A stretch of DNA of 64,000 bases from Patescibacteria group bacterium (lineage in GTDB: Bacteria; Patescibacteriota; Patescibacteriia; Buchananbacterales; UBA6539): positions 236,190 through 300,189 of the forward strand of contig JAVEXP010000001.1 of assembly GCA_034003985.1 (NCBI GenBank). Reading direction: 5' to 3'. How positions within the stretch are numbered: the first letter of the stretch is position 1; every line of letters begins with the position of its first letter. The position numbers and the translations under genes were made by a program. The notes below the pieces were generated by a model, which was given only the letters and a program-made list of their open reading frames with translations, had not been told where the DNA came from and searched no databases. Below, piece by piece: positions 44,676 to 53,502 of the stretch.

Positions 44676-47127
44676 TTAGGGTTACACCGTAAAATTTATC
44701 GGTAATTAAATTAGATGTAAAATTAACTTCGTTGTCGCTGCTGCTTAAATCTGCGGGGAACTTGGCCAAAGGTTTGAAATGGTTGTCAAGAATAAGGTTG
44801 CTAATCAACTGATTATTCAAGCTGCCAGCCTGCTTTTGAACCAAAAGGCTGTAATAAAAAATATTTTCGCCTTCCAAAGCCAGCTTAAATGGTAATCGAT
44901 AACGAATGGTTGCCTGCTGGACTTCGCCGGGTTTAAGCTGAAGCCAATTGCCAAAAACCGTCTTGCCGTTTTCACGATAGATATCGGTTCCGGTTTGCTG
45001 ATCAAATTGTCGGTCGGTTTCAATACTTAAAAGATCGGTATCCGGTTTAAGTTCCGGATCGGGTTGGTCAAATAATTCAGCCGGGGGTTTTTGAAATCCT
45101 TCGGCGGCCAGAAGAACACTGCCGGGCGGAACATAAAATCTAACATAACTATTGTTTTGAACGCCGGTAAAAATATCTTGGCCCTTTGTGCCCTGGTGAC
45201 GCCTGATTAATTTGACGGTATCAATGATTGTCCCATCGGCTTTAATCTCAGCTTGATGTTGGATAGTTTGGTCAATAACACCGTCACTTTTGCCACCCGC
45301 CAAGTTAGTATGGACAACCGATAAGTAGTCGCCGTCAGTTTGACGCAATTCGCCGCTCCAACCAAACTGTCGCAGTAAAGTTTCAATTTGATAATCATTA
45401 AAATAAGCTTGGAGCTGCCGCTGATTTAAAGCATCTTTAAATAAACCAAACAGCTGTTCAAATTGTTGTTGGTTAGCGGAAAAAATTTTTTCCAACAGCA
45501 TCGGCGCCAGATCAGCAATAAACTGTTTGGGACGGTTTTCCTCTTTGTCATATTCCAGCTCGACGATTTTTTGGGTTTCTAACACAAAATTTTCGCTGGT
45601 AATAGTCCGACCATATTCTGGCATTTCAATTGGACCGAAAATACCAAGCAATCTTTCCATTAAAGTTGAGGTTAAGACAATAACACCGTCGACGCTGGGC
45701 TGCGATGAATTTTCGTGAAACCATTGGATTTTTTTGGCTGCGGTTGGGAAATCAGGCCACCAGTTTGAATCTTGAAATTCCCACCGAGCGTTTATCAGCC
45801 TTAATGGTTCGGGCGCTGCAACCTTGGGAATTAGCGAACCTTGAAGATCATAGGTGCCACCGCCTGGGATATTGATTTTTTTGATTTGTCCCCGATCAAC
45901 ATCAACCAAAGCGTAACTGCCCATGAAACCACCGGTTGCTCTTAGTTCGTTGTTGTTCAAGAATATTACTAAATAACGCTGCCACTGATTTTGGCCAAGC
46001 ATTTTAAGGGCCGATTTATCAATTGTTAAAACGGTTTTTAGACTGAGCTCGATTTTATCCAGGTCTTTTAAGACTTTTTCAAAATCTTGCCGGTTCTCAG
46101 CCGGTAAATCAGCCGGGTCGACTGACACAATTTTTTGTTTAGCTTCGTTGAATTTATCAATTACTATCCGAAGGTCAGACTCAAAAGCCACTAGCGACTC
46201 GTAGTAATTCTCAATCCCAGTGGCAGACATAAATCTTTGGCCGCTATTAATCAAAATTTGGCCCGTTTCCGCGGCGATTTGTCCGGCTGCCAATAAATTA
46301 ATGCCGGCATTTACAGATTGACCCTTGCCGGGAAAAATTTTGACGATTTCCGTAGCCAAAGAATTTAAATTTTCAACCTCTCTTTGAGCTAAATTAAAAT
46401 TGAGTTTAGCTTGATCAAATTCATAATCAGCTCCCGCCAAGTTAAGATTAATGGCAGCCTGCTCCCCCTTTTTGAGGTTTTCAATTGCCTCATTTGTGGC
46501 CAATAAAATTCGATCCTTGGTGTCCTGAAGATCTTGATAATAGCTCAGAGCCTGAAGCGGTAATACAAAAATTAATGACATCATCAAAAAAATCGATATC
46601 TTTTTTGGCCAATCTTTCGGGATTACCAAGGAAAGAAATTCAACATGGTTTGGCGGGGCAAAAATATCTTCCATGATTGATTCTTGGTTATCGTCGGTTG
46701 GTTGGAAGGTAATTAATGGGCTTGGTGACGGTTGATTTTTTTGATCTATTTTTTTTGGTCCTAAAAAAGATTTGAACCAAGACTGGTTAAAAAACTTTGA
46801 TCCGGCGGATAAAAAATTAACCGCCAATTTATTTTTATTGGGGCTATAGTTTAGCCTGGTAGGTCGCGGTGGAATTGAGGTTTTTACAGGTTGCGGCTTG
46901 ATCGTTGAAGAGTTAAAAAAATCATGCCGGTTATTGTCAAATTTTTCCTCAAAGGGATTTTTAAGATTAACGACATGGGAGGAAGAAAGCTTTATCCCAG
47001 TTTTTACCTCTACTTTTTTGGCTTGAATGGTATTTTGACCGATACTAACCTTGCCAGTTCCGCTCTGGGATGATTTTTTAGAGCTAGCTTTGGATGATTT
47101 TTTTGTTTTTCTTTTTGCAAGAGGCAT
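44665..47127 (-). CDS. DUF4012-domain envelope protein (N-terminal basic/low-complexity region, single TM, large extracytoplasmic domain)
   Basis: RYLVIFLNNNELRATGGFMGSYALVDVDRGQI matches the DUF4012 signature. 11-nt overlap with the downstream DUF11 gene. 820 aa. Confidence 0.55.
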   Translation of the reverse strand: MPLAKRKTKKSSKASSKKSSQSGTGKVSIGQNTIQAKKVEVKTGIKLSSSHVVNLKNPFEEKFDNNRHDFFNSSTIKPQPVKTSIPPRPTRLNYSPNKNKLAVNFLSAGSKFFNQSWFKSFLGPKKIDQKNQPSPSPLITFQPTDDNQESIMEDIFAPPNHVEFLSLVIPKDWPKKISIFLMMSLIFVLPLQALSYYQDLQDTKDRILLATNEAIENLKKGEQAAINLNLAGADYEFDQAKLNFNLAQREVENLNSLATEIVKIFPGKGQSVNAGINLLAAGQIAAETGQILINSGQRFMSATGIENYYESLVAFESDLRIVIDKFNEAKQKIVSVDPADLPAENRQDFEKVLKDLDKIELSLKTVLTIDKSALKMLGQNQWQRYLVIFLNNNELRATGGFMGSYALVDVDRGQIKKINIPGGGTYDLQGSLIPKVAAPEPLRLINARWEFQDSNWWPDFPTAAKKIQWFHENSSQPSVDGVIVLTSTLMERLLGIFGPIEMPEYGRTITSENFVLETQKIVELEYDKEENRPKQFIADLAPMLLEKIFSANQQQFEQLFGLFKDALNQRQLQAYFNDYQIETLLRQFGWSGELRQTDGDYLSVVHTNLAGGKSDGVIDQTIQHQAEIKADGTIIDTVKLIRRHQGTKGQDIFTGVQNNSYVRFYVPPGSVLLAAEGFQKPPAELFDQPDPELKPDTDLLSIETDRQFDQQTGTDIYRENGKTVFGNWLQLKPGEVQQATIRYRLPFKLALEGENIFYYSLLVQKQAGSLNNQLISNLILDNHFKPLAKFPADLSSSDNEVNFTSNLITDKFYGVTLIAN

Positions 47128-47174
47128 TTATTCGCTTTGATTTATTCACAGTTGATAATTTATTATACCATAAA

Positions 47175-48293
47175 TCAAGCAGCTAGGTAAATATCAAGGG
47201 TGACTTGCGCACATTGACGCCAATCATATTTTAGAAGCTGTTTTTGTCCTCGGTCAACCATGGTATTAATCAGATTTTTATTTCCAATAACCTCTAATAC
47301 CTTTTGAGCGATATCTTCGGGATTAGTAGGATCAAAATAAACGGCGCTATCCCCTAAAACTTCGGGCAAACTGGTGCTTTGTGAGGAAACGACTGGCGTC
47401 TGACAATAAATCGCTTCTAGGGCTACTAGACCAAAACCTTCGCAGAAAGACGGTAAAACAAATAATTTTGCCCCTTGATAAATAAGTCCTAGTTCTTCTT
47501 CTGGTATAAACCCGGGAGCAATAATCTGATTTTTGACGGGTGATTCGCTAATTGCTTGAGATATCTCCGGATAATTCGGATCGGCTTTACCACCCAGAAC
47601 CAACTGACAATCAAGTTGATTTTTAATTTTAAGAATTTCAAAAGCCTTTATCAAACCAACAAGATTTTTATGATCGCGCCAGACACCAAGATACAGTAAA
47701 TATGGTTTAGTGATAGCATATTTAGAAAGTACCTGATCGATTTCCATTTGGGAGGAACGATTGACTAGTTTGCTGTCGAATCCTAAATAAACAACTTTAA
47801 TCTTCTTGGTTTTAACTTTAAGATATTTCACAATACCGTCTTTGGTATGATTTGAGGGAGTGATTACCACCTTGGCTTTAAGGATTGACAATCTAAGAAC
47901 TAACCAATAGGCCAATCGTCTGATTTTTGATTTTTTAACCATTGGTCCGGGATAAAAAATTGGCGTAATGTCATGAATTGTTATGACTGATTTTTTGAAA
48001 TAAAAAATAGGGGTATTAAAATTAGGAAAATGAATCAAATTCAAACAATGTTTATACAAGATTATCGGAAAAATTAGCTGTTCCACCCAGCTATACCACC
48101 TAATATTGACTTTGATTTTTTTAAACTTGGAAGTTGGCGGCCGGAATTCAGAAAAAGCCGGATCGTTCATAAATAAAATATATTCATTCTCCGAATCAAT
48201 CTCGGCCAACTGATCAATTAGATTTTGAATGTAACCGCCGATGCCAGTAGCGGCCTTAACGCCGTACATCCTGGCGTCAATTCCAATCCTCAT
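47175..48293 (-). CDS. Glycosyltransferase family 4 (GT-B fold)
   Basis: C-terminal E-X7-E-like GFGLVALEAIYCQTPVV motif; 372 aa. Confidence 0.75.
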   Translation of the reverse strand: MRIGIDARMYGVKAATGIGGYIQNLIDQLAEIDSENEYILFMNDPAFSEFRPPTSKFKKIKVNIRWYSWVEQLIFPIILYKHCLNLIHFPNFNTPIFYFKKSVITIHDITPIFYPGPMVKKSKIRRLAYWLVLRLSILKAKVVITPSNHTKDGIVKYLKVKTKKIKVVYLGFDSKLVNRSSQMEIDQVLSKYAITKPYLLYLGVWRDHKNLVGLIKAFEILKIKNQLDCQLVLGGKADPNYPEISQAISESPVKNQIIAPGFIPEEELGLIYQGAKLFVLPSFCEGFGLVALEAIYCQTPVVSSQSTSLPEVLGDSAVYFDPTNPEDIAQKVLEVIGNKNLINTMVDRGQKQLLKYDWRQCAQVTLDIYLAA

Positions 48294-49417
48294 AAATTTG
48301 AGCGGTTAATTATTTCCTGAATTGCCATCGCCGCTTTTTCCCAAGTGAAATTTTTACTGTAAGACAGCCCTTGAGTAGCCAAACGATTTCTAAAATCTTC
48401 ATCGGTCAGGATATTATTAATCGCCGAAACCAGATCATTAACATTGTGGGGATCAATCAATAAACCGGCATCACCCACCGACTCAATCAATGCCGAGTTA
48501 AAGCTGGTAATAACCGGAGTGCCACAGGCCATCGCTTCCAAAGGTGGCAAACCAAAACCTTCATAAATTGATGGGTAGACAAACAGTTTGGCCAAAGCGT
48601 AAAGCGCTGGTCGATCAGGGTCGTCGACATATCCCAGAAATTTAATCCTTTCCCGGACCGCTGATTGCTCCCAAATTTTATAAAGATTTTGATATTTCCA
48701 AGCCTGAGAGCCGGCAATCACCAAATCAATGCTTTGATTACTAATTTTTTCAAAAGCCTTTAATAAAGTGGCAACATTTTTTCGGGGTTCAAGATTACCC
48801 AAATAAAGAATGAAAGGATTGTGAAGTTTATATTTGGCTTTAACTTTGTCTAGCTGACTGGCCGCAATTGGCTGAAAAAAAATCTGATTAATACCGTTAT
48901 AGACAACTTTGACCTTAGTACTGGGCACTTGGTAAATTTGGACTAAATCCGCCTTGGTATTTTCGGAAATGGCAATAATTTCATCAGCTCGCCGGGTCAT
49001 TGCGCGAGGATTGATCAAGCGATGCCATAGTTTCTTTTTGGCGGTAAAAAAATTCGGATATAATTCAAAAGACAGATCATGAACAATCAAAATCTGACGA
49101 CAATTATCTGACAGATTGCTGAATAAAAAACTGGGAGTAATAAAAACATCAACCCCTCCGAGCAATTCATCAATCTTTGGTTTTTTTAAAAATCGCATAG
49201 CAAGATTAAACACCCGATTAGGGTAGCTGAAACCACGATAGCTGACATTAGGGTTGTTAAATTCCGGCATTTCAACCGGCTTGGACGAATTATAAAACAG
49301 CAAATATTGATTTTGCTGATCAATAGTCAGAAGGGATTTGAGTAAATTGTAAGTATATTCACTGATCCCCGAATAATGTTTTTCCATCAAACAGCGAACA
49401 TCAATACCAATTTTCAT
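48290..49417 (-). CDS. Glycosyltransferase family 4
   Basis: EGFGLPPLEAMACGTPVI motif; 375 aa; 4-nt overlap with the next GT. Confidence 0.75.
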   Translation of the reverse strand: MKIGIDVRCLMEKHYSGISEYTYNLLKSLLTIDQQNQYLLFYNSSKPVEMPEFNNPNVSYRGFSYPNRVFNLAMRFLKKPKIDELLGGVDVFITPSFLFSNLSDNCRQILIVHDLSFELYPNFFTAKKKLWHRLINPRAMTRRADEIIAISENTKADLVQIYQVPSTKVKVVYNGINQIFFQPIAASQLDKVKAKYKLHNPFILYLGNLEPRKNVATLLKAFEKISNQSIDLVIAGSQAWKYQNLYKIWEQSAVRERIKFLGYVDDPDRPALYALAKLFVYPSIYEGFGLPPLEAMACGTPVITSFNSALIESVGDAGLLIDPHNVNDLVSAINNILTDEDFRNRLATQGLSYSKNFTWEKAAMAIQEIINRSNL

Positions 49418-49423
49418 ACTAAT

Positions 49424-50542
49424 TTAGAAGCCACATTTAATTTGTAAGTCTTGGGCTTTTTGATACTCCGTAACAATTAAATCGTTAATTTCCCGGCGAA
49501 AACGATCAACCCCAAATTGTTGGGCATAATTTTTTATTTCAATTGAATTGTAATTTTCCGGCTTAAACCGAACAATGGTATCAGCCAGCGACTCCCAGGT
49601 TTGTTCTTCAAAAAATTTGCCGGTTTTATTCTCCACTACCGTTTCACAGGCCCCGCCGGCGGCAAAAGCGATAACTGGCCGGCCGGCTGCCATTGACTCA
49701 ACCGCCGTCAAACCAAAATCTTCGATTTGCGGATGAATAAAGGCAATCGCCTGACTATAAACTTGTTGTAATTCCGATTGATTAATTTTACCAAGAAATT
49801 CAATGTGTGACTTGGCCAAGGCTCGAAGATTTTTTTCTTCCGGTCCGGTGCCAAAAATTTTTAAAGGAATTCCCAAACGATTAAAAGCCTTAACCGTTAG
49901 GTCGAATCTTTTATAGGCTACCAGTCGTCCACCGGTTAAAAAATACTTACCGATTTGTTTGGCAATTTGGAATTGATTTGTCTCAACCGGCGGATGGATA
50001 ACAACACTTTCCCGCCGGTAGTACTTTCTTATTCGGTCGGCGACATTTTTAGAATTGGCAATGTAATAATCCACCCGTTGGGCCGCCAGCTGATCCCAGG
50101 CCCTGAGGCGATTTAAAACCATCGGAATTATCTTTTTAACCAGCCGATTATATTTCAGTTCATCAATATAGCGATGGGTATCGGACCAAAGATATCTGGT
50201 AGGAGTATGACAATAGCAAAAATGAATGGTATTTGAGCGAGTAATAATTCCTTTGGCCATTGCCGAAGAACTGGACAAAACCACATCATAGTCTATCAAA
50301 TCATAGCTTTCGGTAGCTGTTGGCATGAAAGGTAAAAACCATTGATAATGTTTAAGCGCTCCCGGCCATTTCTGTAAAAAAGAAGTATTGATTTGATGTC
50401 CTTCAAAAAGTTTGCCCAATTTTTTTTCGTCATAAAGCAAAGTGTAGGTCGGGGCCTGAGGATAGATATCTTGAAAAACCTTCAGCACCCGTTCCGCACC
50501 GCCTTCTTGAATAAGATGATCGTGGACTAAAGCAATTTTCAT
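49424..50542 (-). CDS. Glycosyltransferase family 4
   Basis: EDFGLTAVESMAAGRPVIA motif; 372 aa. Confidence 0.75.
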   Translation of the reverse strand: MKIALVHDHLIQEGGAERVLKVFQDIYPQAPTYTLLYDEKKLGKLFEGHQINTSFLQKWPGALKHYQWFLPFMPTATESYDLIDYDVVLSSSSAMAKGIITRSNTIHFCYCHTPTRYLWSDTHRYIDELKYNRLVKKIIPMVLNRLRAWDQLAAQRVDYYIANSKNVADRIRKYYRRESVVIHPPVETNQFQIAKQIGKYFLTGGRLVAYKRFDLTVKAFNRLGIPLKIFGTGPEEKNLRALAKSHIEFLGKINQSELQQVYSQAIAFIHPQIEDFGLTAVESMAAGRPVIAFAAGGACETVVENKTGKFFEEQTWESLADTIVRFKPENYNSIEIKNYAQQFGVDRFRREINDLIVTEYQKAQDLQIKCGF

Positions 50543-51942
50543 TCCGCCTTTCTCCTTTTGAAGATGGCCCAGGGGGTTTTTAGCATAATCAGCAAATCAA
50601 GGCCAATGGACCAATTTTCAATATAATAAGTATCAAGTTTTACTTCTTGTTCAAAGTCAAGGTCTGATCGGCCGGATACTTGAGCTAAACCGGTAATACC
50701 CGGCTTGATTGTCAATAATTTTTTGTGACGGGCTTGATATTTCTCGACTTCTTCCAATTCGTGAGGTCGAGGGCCGACTAAGCTCATGGTGCCAACAAAG
50801 GCCAAAAAAAGTTCTGGTAATTCATCAATGCTAAAACGCCTGATAAATTTTCCAACCTTGGTGATTCGCGGATCATTTTGGAATTTCATCATTGGCGATC
50901 CGTCCCGCATATTCGGATTATGCTTAAGAAATTCTTGATCAAACCTTAGCTGATGGGCGTCTTTAACCATTGACCGAAATTTAAAATAATAAAACGGTTT
51001 GCCATTTTGGCCGATTCGTCGATAGTTAAAAAGGATTGGTCCCGGGCTATTTAATTTAATCGCCAATACCGTTACTAGCATTACCGGAGAAAAAAAGATT
51101 ATCAACAGCGAAGAAAAAATTAAGTCAAAAACCCTTTTGTAGATTCTTCCCCAACCGTCGAGCCTGGTTTTTTTAACCTCAACAATTGGCGTTCCGGCCA
51201 GAGTCGTAACCTCCAAATTGGTCAACTGAGTTCCCAGTAAATCGGCGGTATAGCGAAAATCCAAATGGTATTCGGTAATCAAATTCAAAAGTTCATTAGT
51301 CTGATCAATTTGTCGATTGGGATTAATTTGAATTATCTCATCAATTTGATCATTAACTGCCATCGCTTTGAGCCGCTGGGCATTTTGATAATCGAAAGAA
51401 GCAAATCTTTCAACTACCCGATAACCAAGGCTCGGTTTAGTGGAGAATTCTTTAAGCAATTCATCAGCAATTTTGCCGTCACCAATGATCACAACCCGAT
51501 GAACGCCAAAGCCTATGCGATAAGTGAAACGCTGAATCAAATGGATAAAGCCTCTTTCCGCAGTAAGAAAGAAAAAGGCCAATAACCAACCGGCTAAAAT
51601 AATAAAACGAGAATCAAATAGATAACGGGAAAAAACCATAATGGCCAAGACCAGCGCCATGCCCGCGGCTGAAGCAACAAATAATCGAGCGACTTCTTCC
51701 CGAAATTTTTTCGGGCCGACGATGTTATACAGTCCGGCCATAGCTAAAATGCCGACCCAGACAACCGCTAAAATTAAAGTGATTTGAAAAAACCCTTTAA
51801 ACGGCAAATCAAAAATAATCGGCCTGATTTTTTGGACAAACGGCAGATAACGAATAAAATAAGCCACAATGGCGGCGAATATTAAAGCCAGGTAGTCTAA
51901 GGGCGGTTTGACCGCGGTAAAAACCAGCTCAGAATGTTTCAT
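50539..51942 (-). CDS. Polyprenyl-phosphate hexose-1-phosphate transferase (WbaP/bacterial sugar transferase family), initiating enzyme of the polysaccharide locus
   Basis: N-terminal 4-5 TM. C-terminal sugar-transferase domain KRVFDLIFSSLLII...KFRSM...DELPEL...GTMSLVGPRP. Confidence 0.8.
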   Translation of the reverse strand: MKHSELVFTAVKPPLDYLALIFAAIVAYFIRYLPFVQKIRPIIFDLPFKGFFQITLILAVVWVGILAMAGLYNIVGPKKFREEVARLFVASAAGMALVLAIMVFSRYLFDSRFIILAGWLLAFFFLTAERGFIHLIQRFTYRIGFGVHRVVIIGDGKIADELLKEFSTKPSLGYRVVERFASFDYQNAQRLKAMAVNDQIDEIIQINPNRQIDQTNELLNLITEYHLDFRYTADLLGTQLTNLEVTTLAGTPIVEVKKTRLDGWGRIYKRVFDLIFSSLLIIFFSPVMLVTVLAIKLNSPGPILFNYRRIGQNGKPFYYFKFRSMVKDAHQLRFDQEFLKHNPNMRDGSPMMKFQNDPRITKVGKFIRRFSIDELPELFLAFVGTMSLVGPRPHELEEVEKYQARHKKLLTIKPGITGLAQVSGRSDLDFEQEVKLDTYYIENWSIGLDLLIMLKTPWAIFKRRKAE

Positions 51943-52008
51943 AAATTTATCTAGGTTTCATCATAGCAGAAAAATCTTTGAAAATCAATCAAAATTTATC
52001 AAATCATA

Positions 52009-52037
52009 TTGACAAAAAGATAATCTTATGCTATGAT
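52009..52037 (+). promoter_or_regulatory. Consensus-like promoter TTGACA-17-TATGAT for RNase P RNA
   Basis: ttgacaaaaagataatcttatgctatgat, ending ~6 nt before the P1 5' strand. Confidence 0.6.
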
Positions 52038-52041
52038 CTTT

Positions 52042-52425
52042 CAGTCTGAGTAAACCAGATGGTCGCTCGTTTAGAAATAAGCGAGAGGAAAGTCCGAACA
52101 CCACAAAAAATGGCAGCTCCTAACGGGAGCCGAGTATAAATAAGAGAGTAAAAGTTCTTAAGCCTTTTATTCTGTTATCAAGCTTAGGGCAAGTGCAACA
52201 GAAAATACACCGCCTAAGTCCGCTTGACGGAACGGTAAGGTTGAAATCGTGAGGTAAGAGCTCACGGCCGACAGACTGGCAACAGTCGGGTTGGTAAACT
52301 CCTGCCTGGTGCAATGCCAAATTCGGTAGGCAGCTTGATCCCGATGGCAACATCGGGACTAGATAGATGACCATCATCCCAATCCAAAGGGATACAAAAT
52401 TCGGCTTATCGGTTTGCTCAGACAA
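52042..52425 (+). ncRNA. rnpB: RNase P RNA (bacterial type)
   Basis: P1 pairing GTCTGAGTAAACC (52044-56) with GGTTTGCTCAGAC (52411-23). Conserved AGGAAAGTCCGAAC, CAGAAAATACACCGCC, GGTTGAAATCGTGAGGTAAGAGCTCAC, ACAAAATTCGGCTTA and GGTAAACTCC blocks. Confidence 0.85.
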
Positions 52426-52429
52426 TAAA

Positions 52430-52457
52430 AAACACCTCCCTTAAGAGGTGTTTTTTA
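52430..52457. terminator. Bidirectional terminator: long palindrome GACAATAAAAAACACCTC-cctta-GAGGTGTTTTTTATTGTC
   Basis: Perfect extended inverted repeat with T6 on the plus strand and a T-rich tract on the minus strand. Sits between rnpB and the convergent minus-strand MFS-like gene. Confidence 0.7.
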
Positions 52458-52468
52458 TTGTCTGAAAA

Positions 52469-53083
52469 TTATTTTTGGTAAATTTTATCTTTAATCATCA
52501 ACAACATTGCAGCGCCAATTAAAGTCAAAACGCTAACAACGATAAACAATACATCAAACCCAAAAATCGTGGCAATAAAGCCGCCCAAAGCCGCGGAAGC
52601 CGCCATCCCAAATCCAGTAATGACATCATAAAGACTCCATTCCAAGGCTTCTTTATTTTTGTCCAAATGTCTGGTAAAAATCGACCGCCAACCTGGAAAC
52701 GCCAGAGCAGCGGCCAAACCTAATAATATCTGCAATAAATAAAGTTCCCAGATGCTGCCGACAAAAATATAAGCAAAATAGACCGCAGCGGTCAAAACCG
52801 TGCCAAAAATCGAGGTGTAGAGATCATCTTTTTCACCGCGATGTTTATCAATATAAATGCCGACGGGAATTTCAAAAACTGATTTGGCCAGCAGGCATAA
52901 AGCCGACGCAATTCCGACTACCTCAATTGAGCCGTTGGGAATTTTGTTGGTAACGAAAATGGCAAAAATCGGCATTAATAGTTGATACGAAGACCAGACA
53001 GCAAAATCGGAAATCGTCAAAATCTTAATTACCAAATTAATTTGGTAATTCTTGATTGACTTAAAAATAGTTTGATAATACAT
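52469..53083 (-). CDS. Half-size MFS-like transporter (6 TM)
   Basis: 204 aa, six hydrophobic helices; MFS motif-A-like GIYIDKHRGEK loop between TM2 and TM3. Confidence 0.45.
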   Translation of the reverse strand: MYYQTIFKSIKNYQINLVIKILTISDFAVWSSYQLLMPIFAIFVTNKIPNGSIEVVGIASALCLLAKSVFEIPVGIYIDKHRGEKDDLYTSIFGTVLTAAVYFAYIFVGSIWELYLLQILLGLAAALAFPGWRSIFTRHLDKNKEALEWSLYDVITGFGMAASAALGGFIATIFGFDVLFIVVSVLTLIGAAMLLMIKDKIYQK

Positions 53084-53094
53084 AACTTGTTGTT

Positions 53095-53502
53095 TTATTG
53101 GGATAGTTTTTGATCAAGGATTTTATTGACCAGACGATCAGCTTCCTTGTTATCATTGCGCCGGACATGAATGAATTTTATTTTTTTAAAACTCAGACTT
53201 AAATTCCAAACTTTAATAAAAAGCGGCGCCAAATCCTGATTTTTGACTTTGTATTGACGATTTAATTGCTGGCAGACCAATTCACTGTCAAGAAACAAAT
53301 CAACTTCTTCAACCGCCAATTCTCTGGCTTTTTCCAAAGCTAAAATAACGGCTTTATATTCAGCTTGATTATTGGTGGTTTCGCCAATATAATCGTTAAA
53401 TTCATGTTTCTTTCCTTCAATTTCAATAACCACTCCGATTCCCGCCGGACCGGGATTTCCCCGCGCGCCTCCATCGGTATGGATGATCGCTTTTTTAGTC
53501 AT
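53095..53502 (-). CDS. rnhA: Ribonuclease HI
   Basis: IHTDGGARGNPGPAGIGVVI...NQAEYKAVILAL...DSELV RNase H fold motifs; 135 aa. Confidence 0.85.
   Translation of the reverse strand: MTKKAIIHTDGGARGNPGPAGIGVVIEIEGKKHEFNDYIGETTNNQAEYKAVILALEKARELAVEEVDLFLDSELVCQQLNRQYKVKNQDLAPLFIKVWNLSLSFKKIKFIHVRRNDNKEADRLVNKILDQKLSQ

Noticed and set aside
52120-52425. 101-aa minus-strand ORF
   Set aside because: Lies entirely inside RNase P RNA; the open frame is a by-product of the GC-rich structured RNA.
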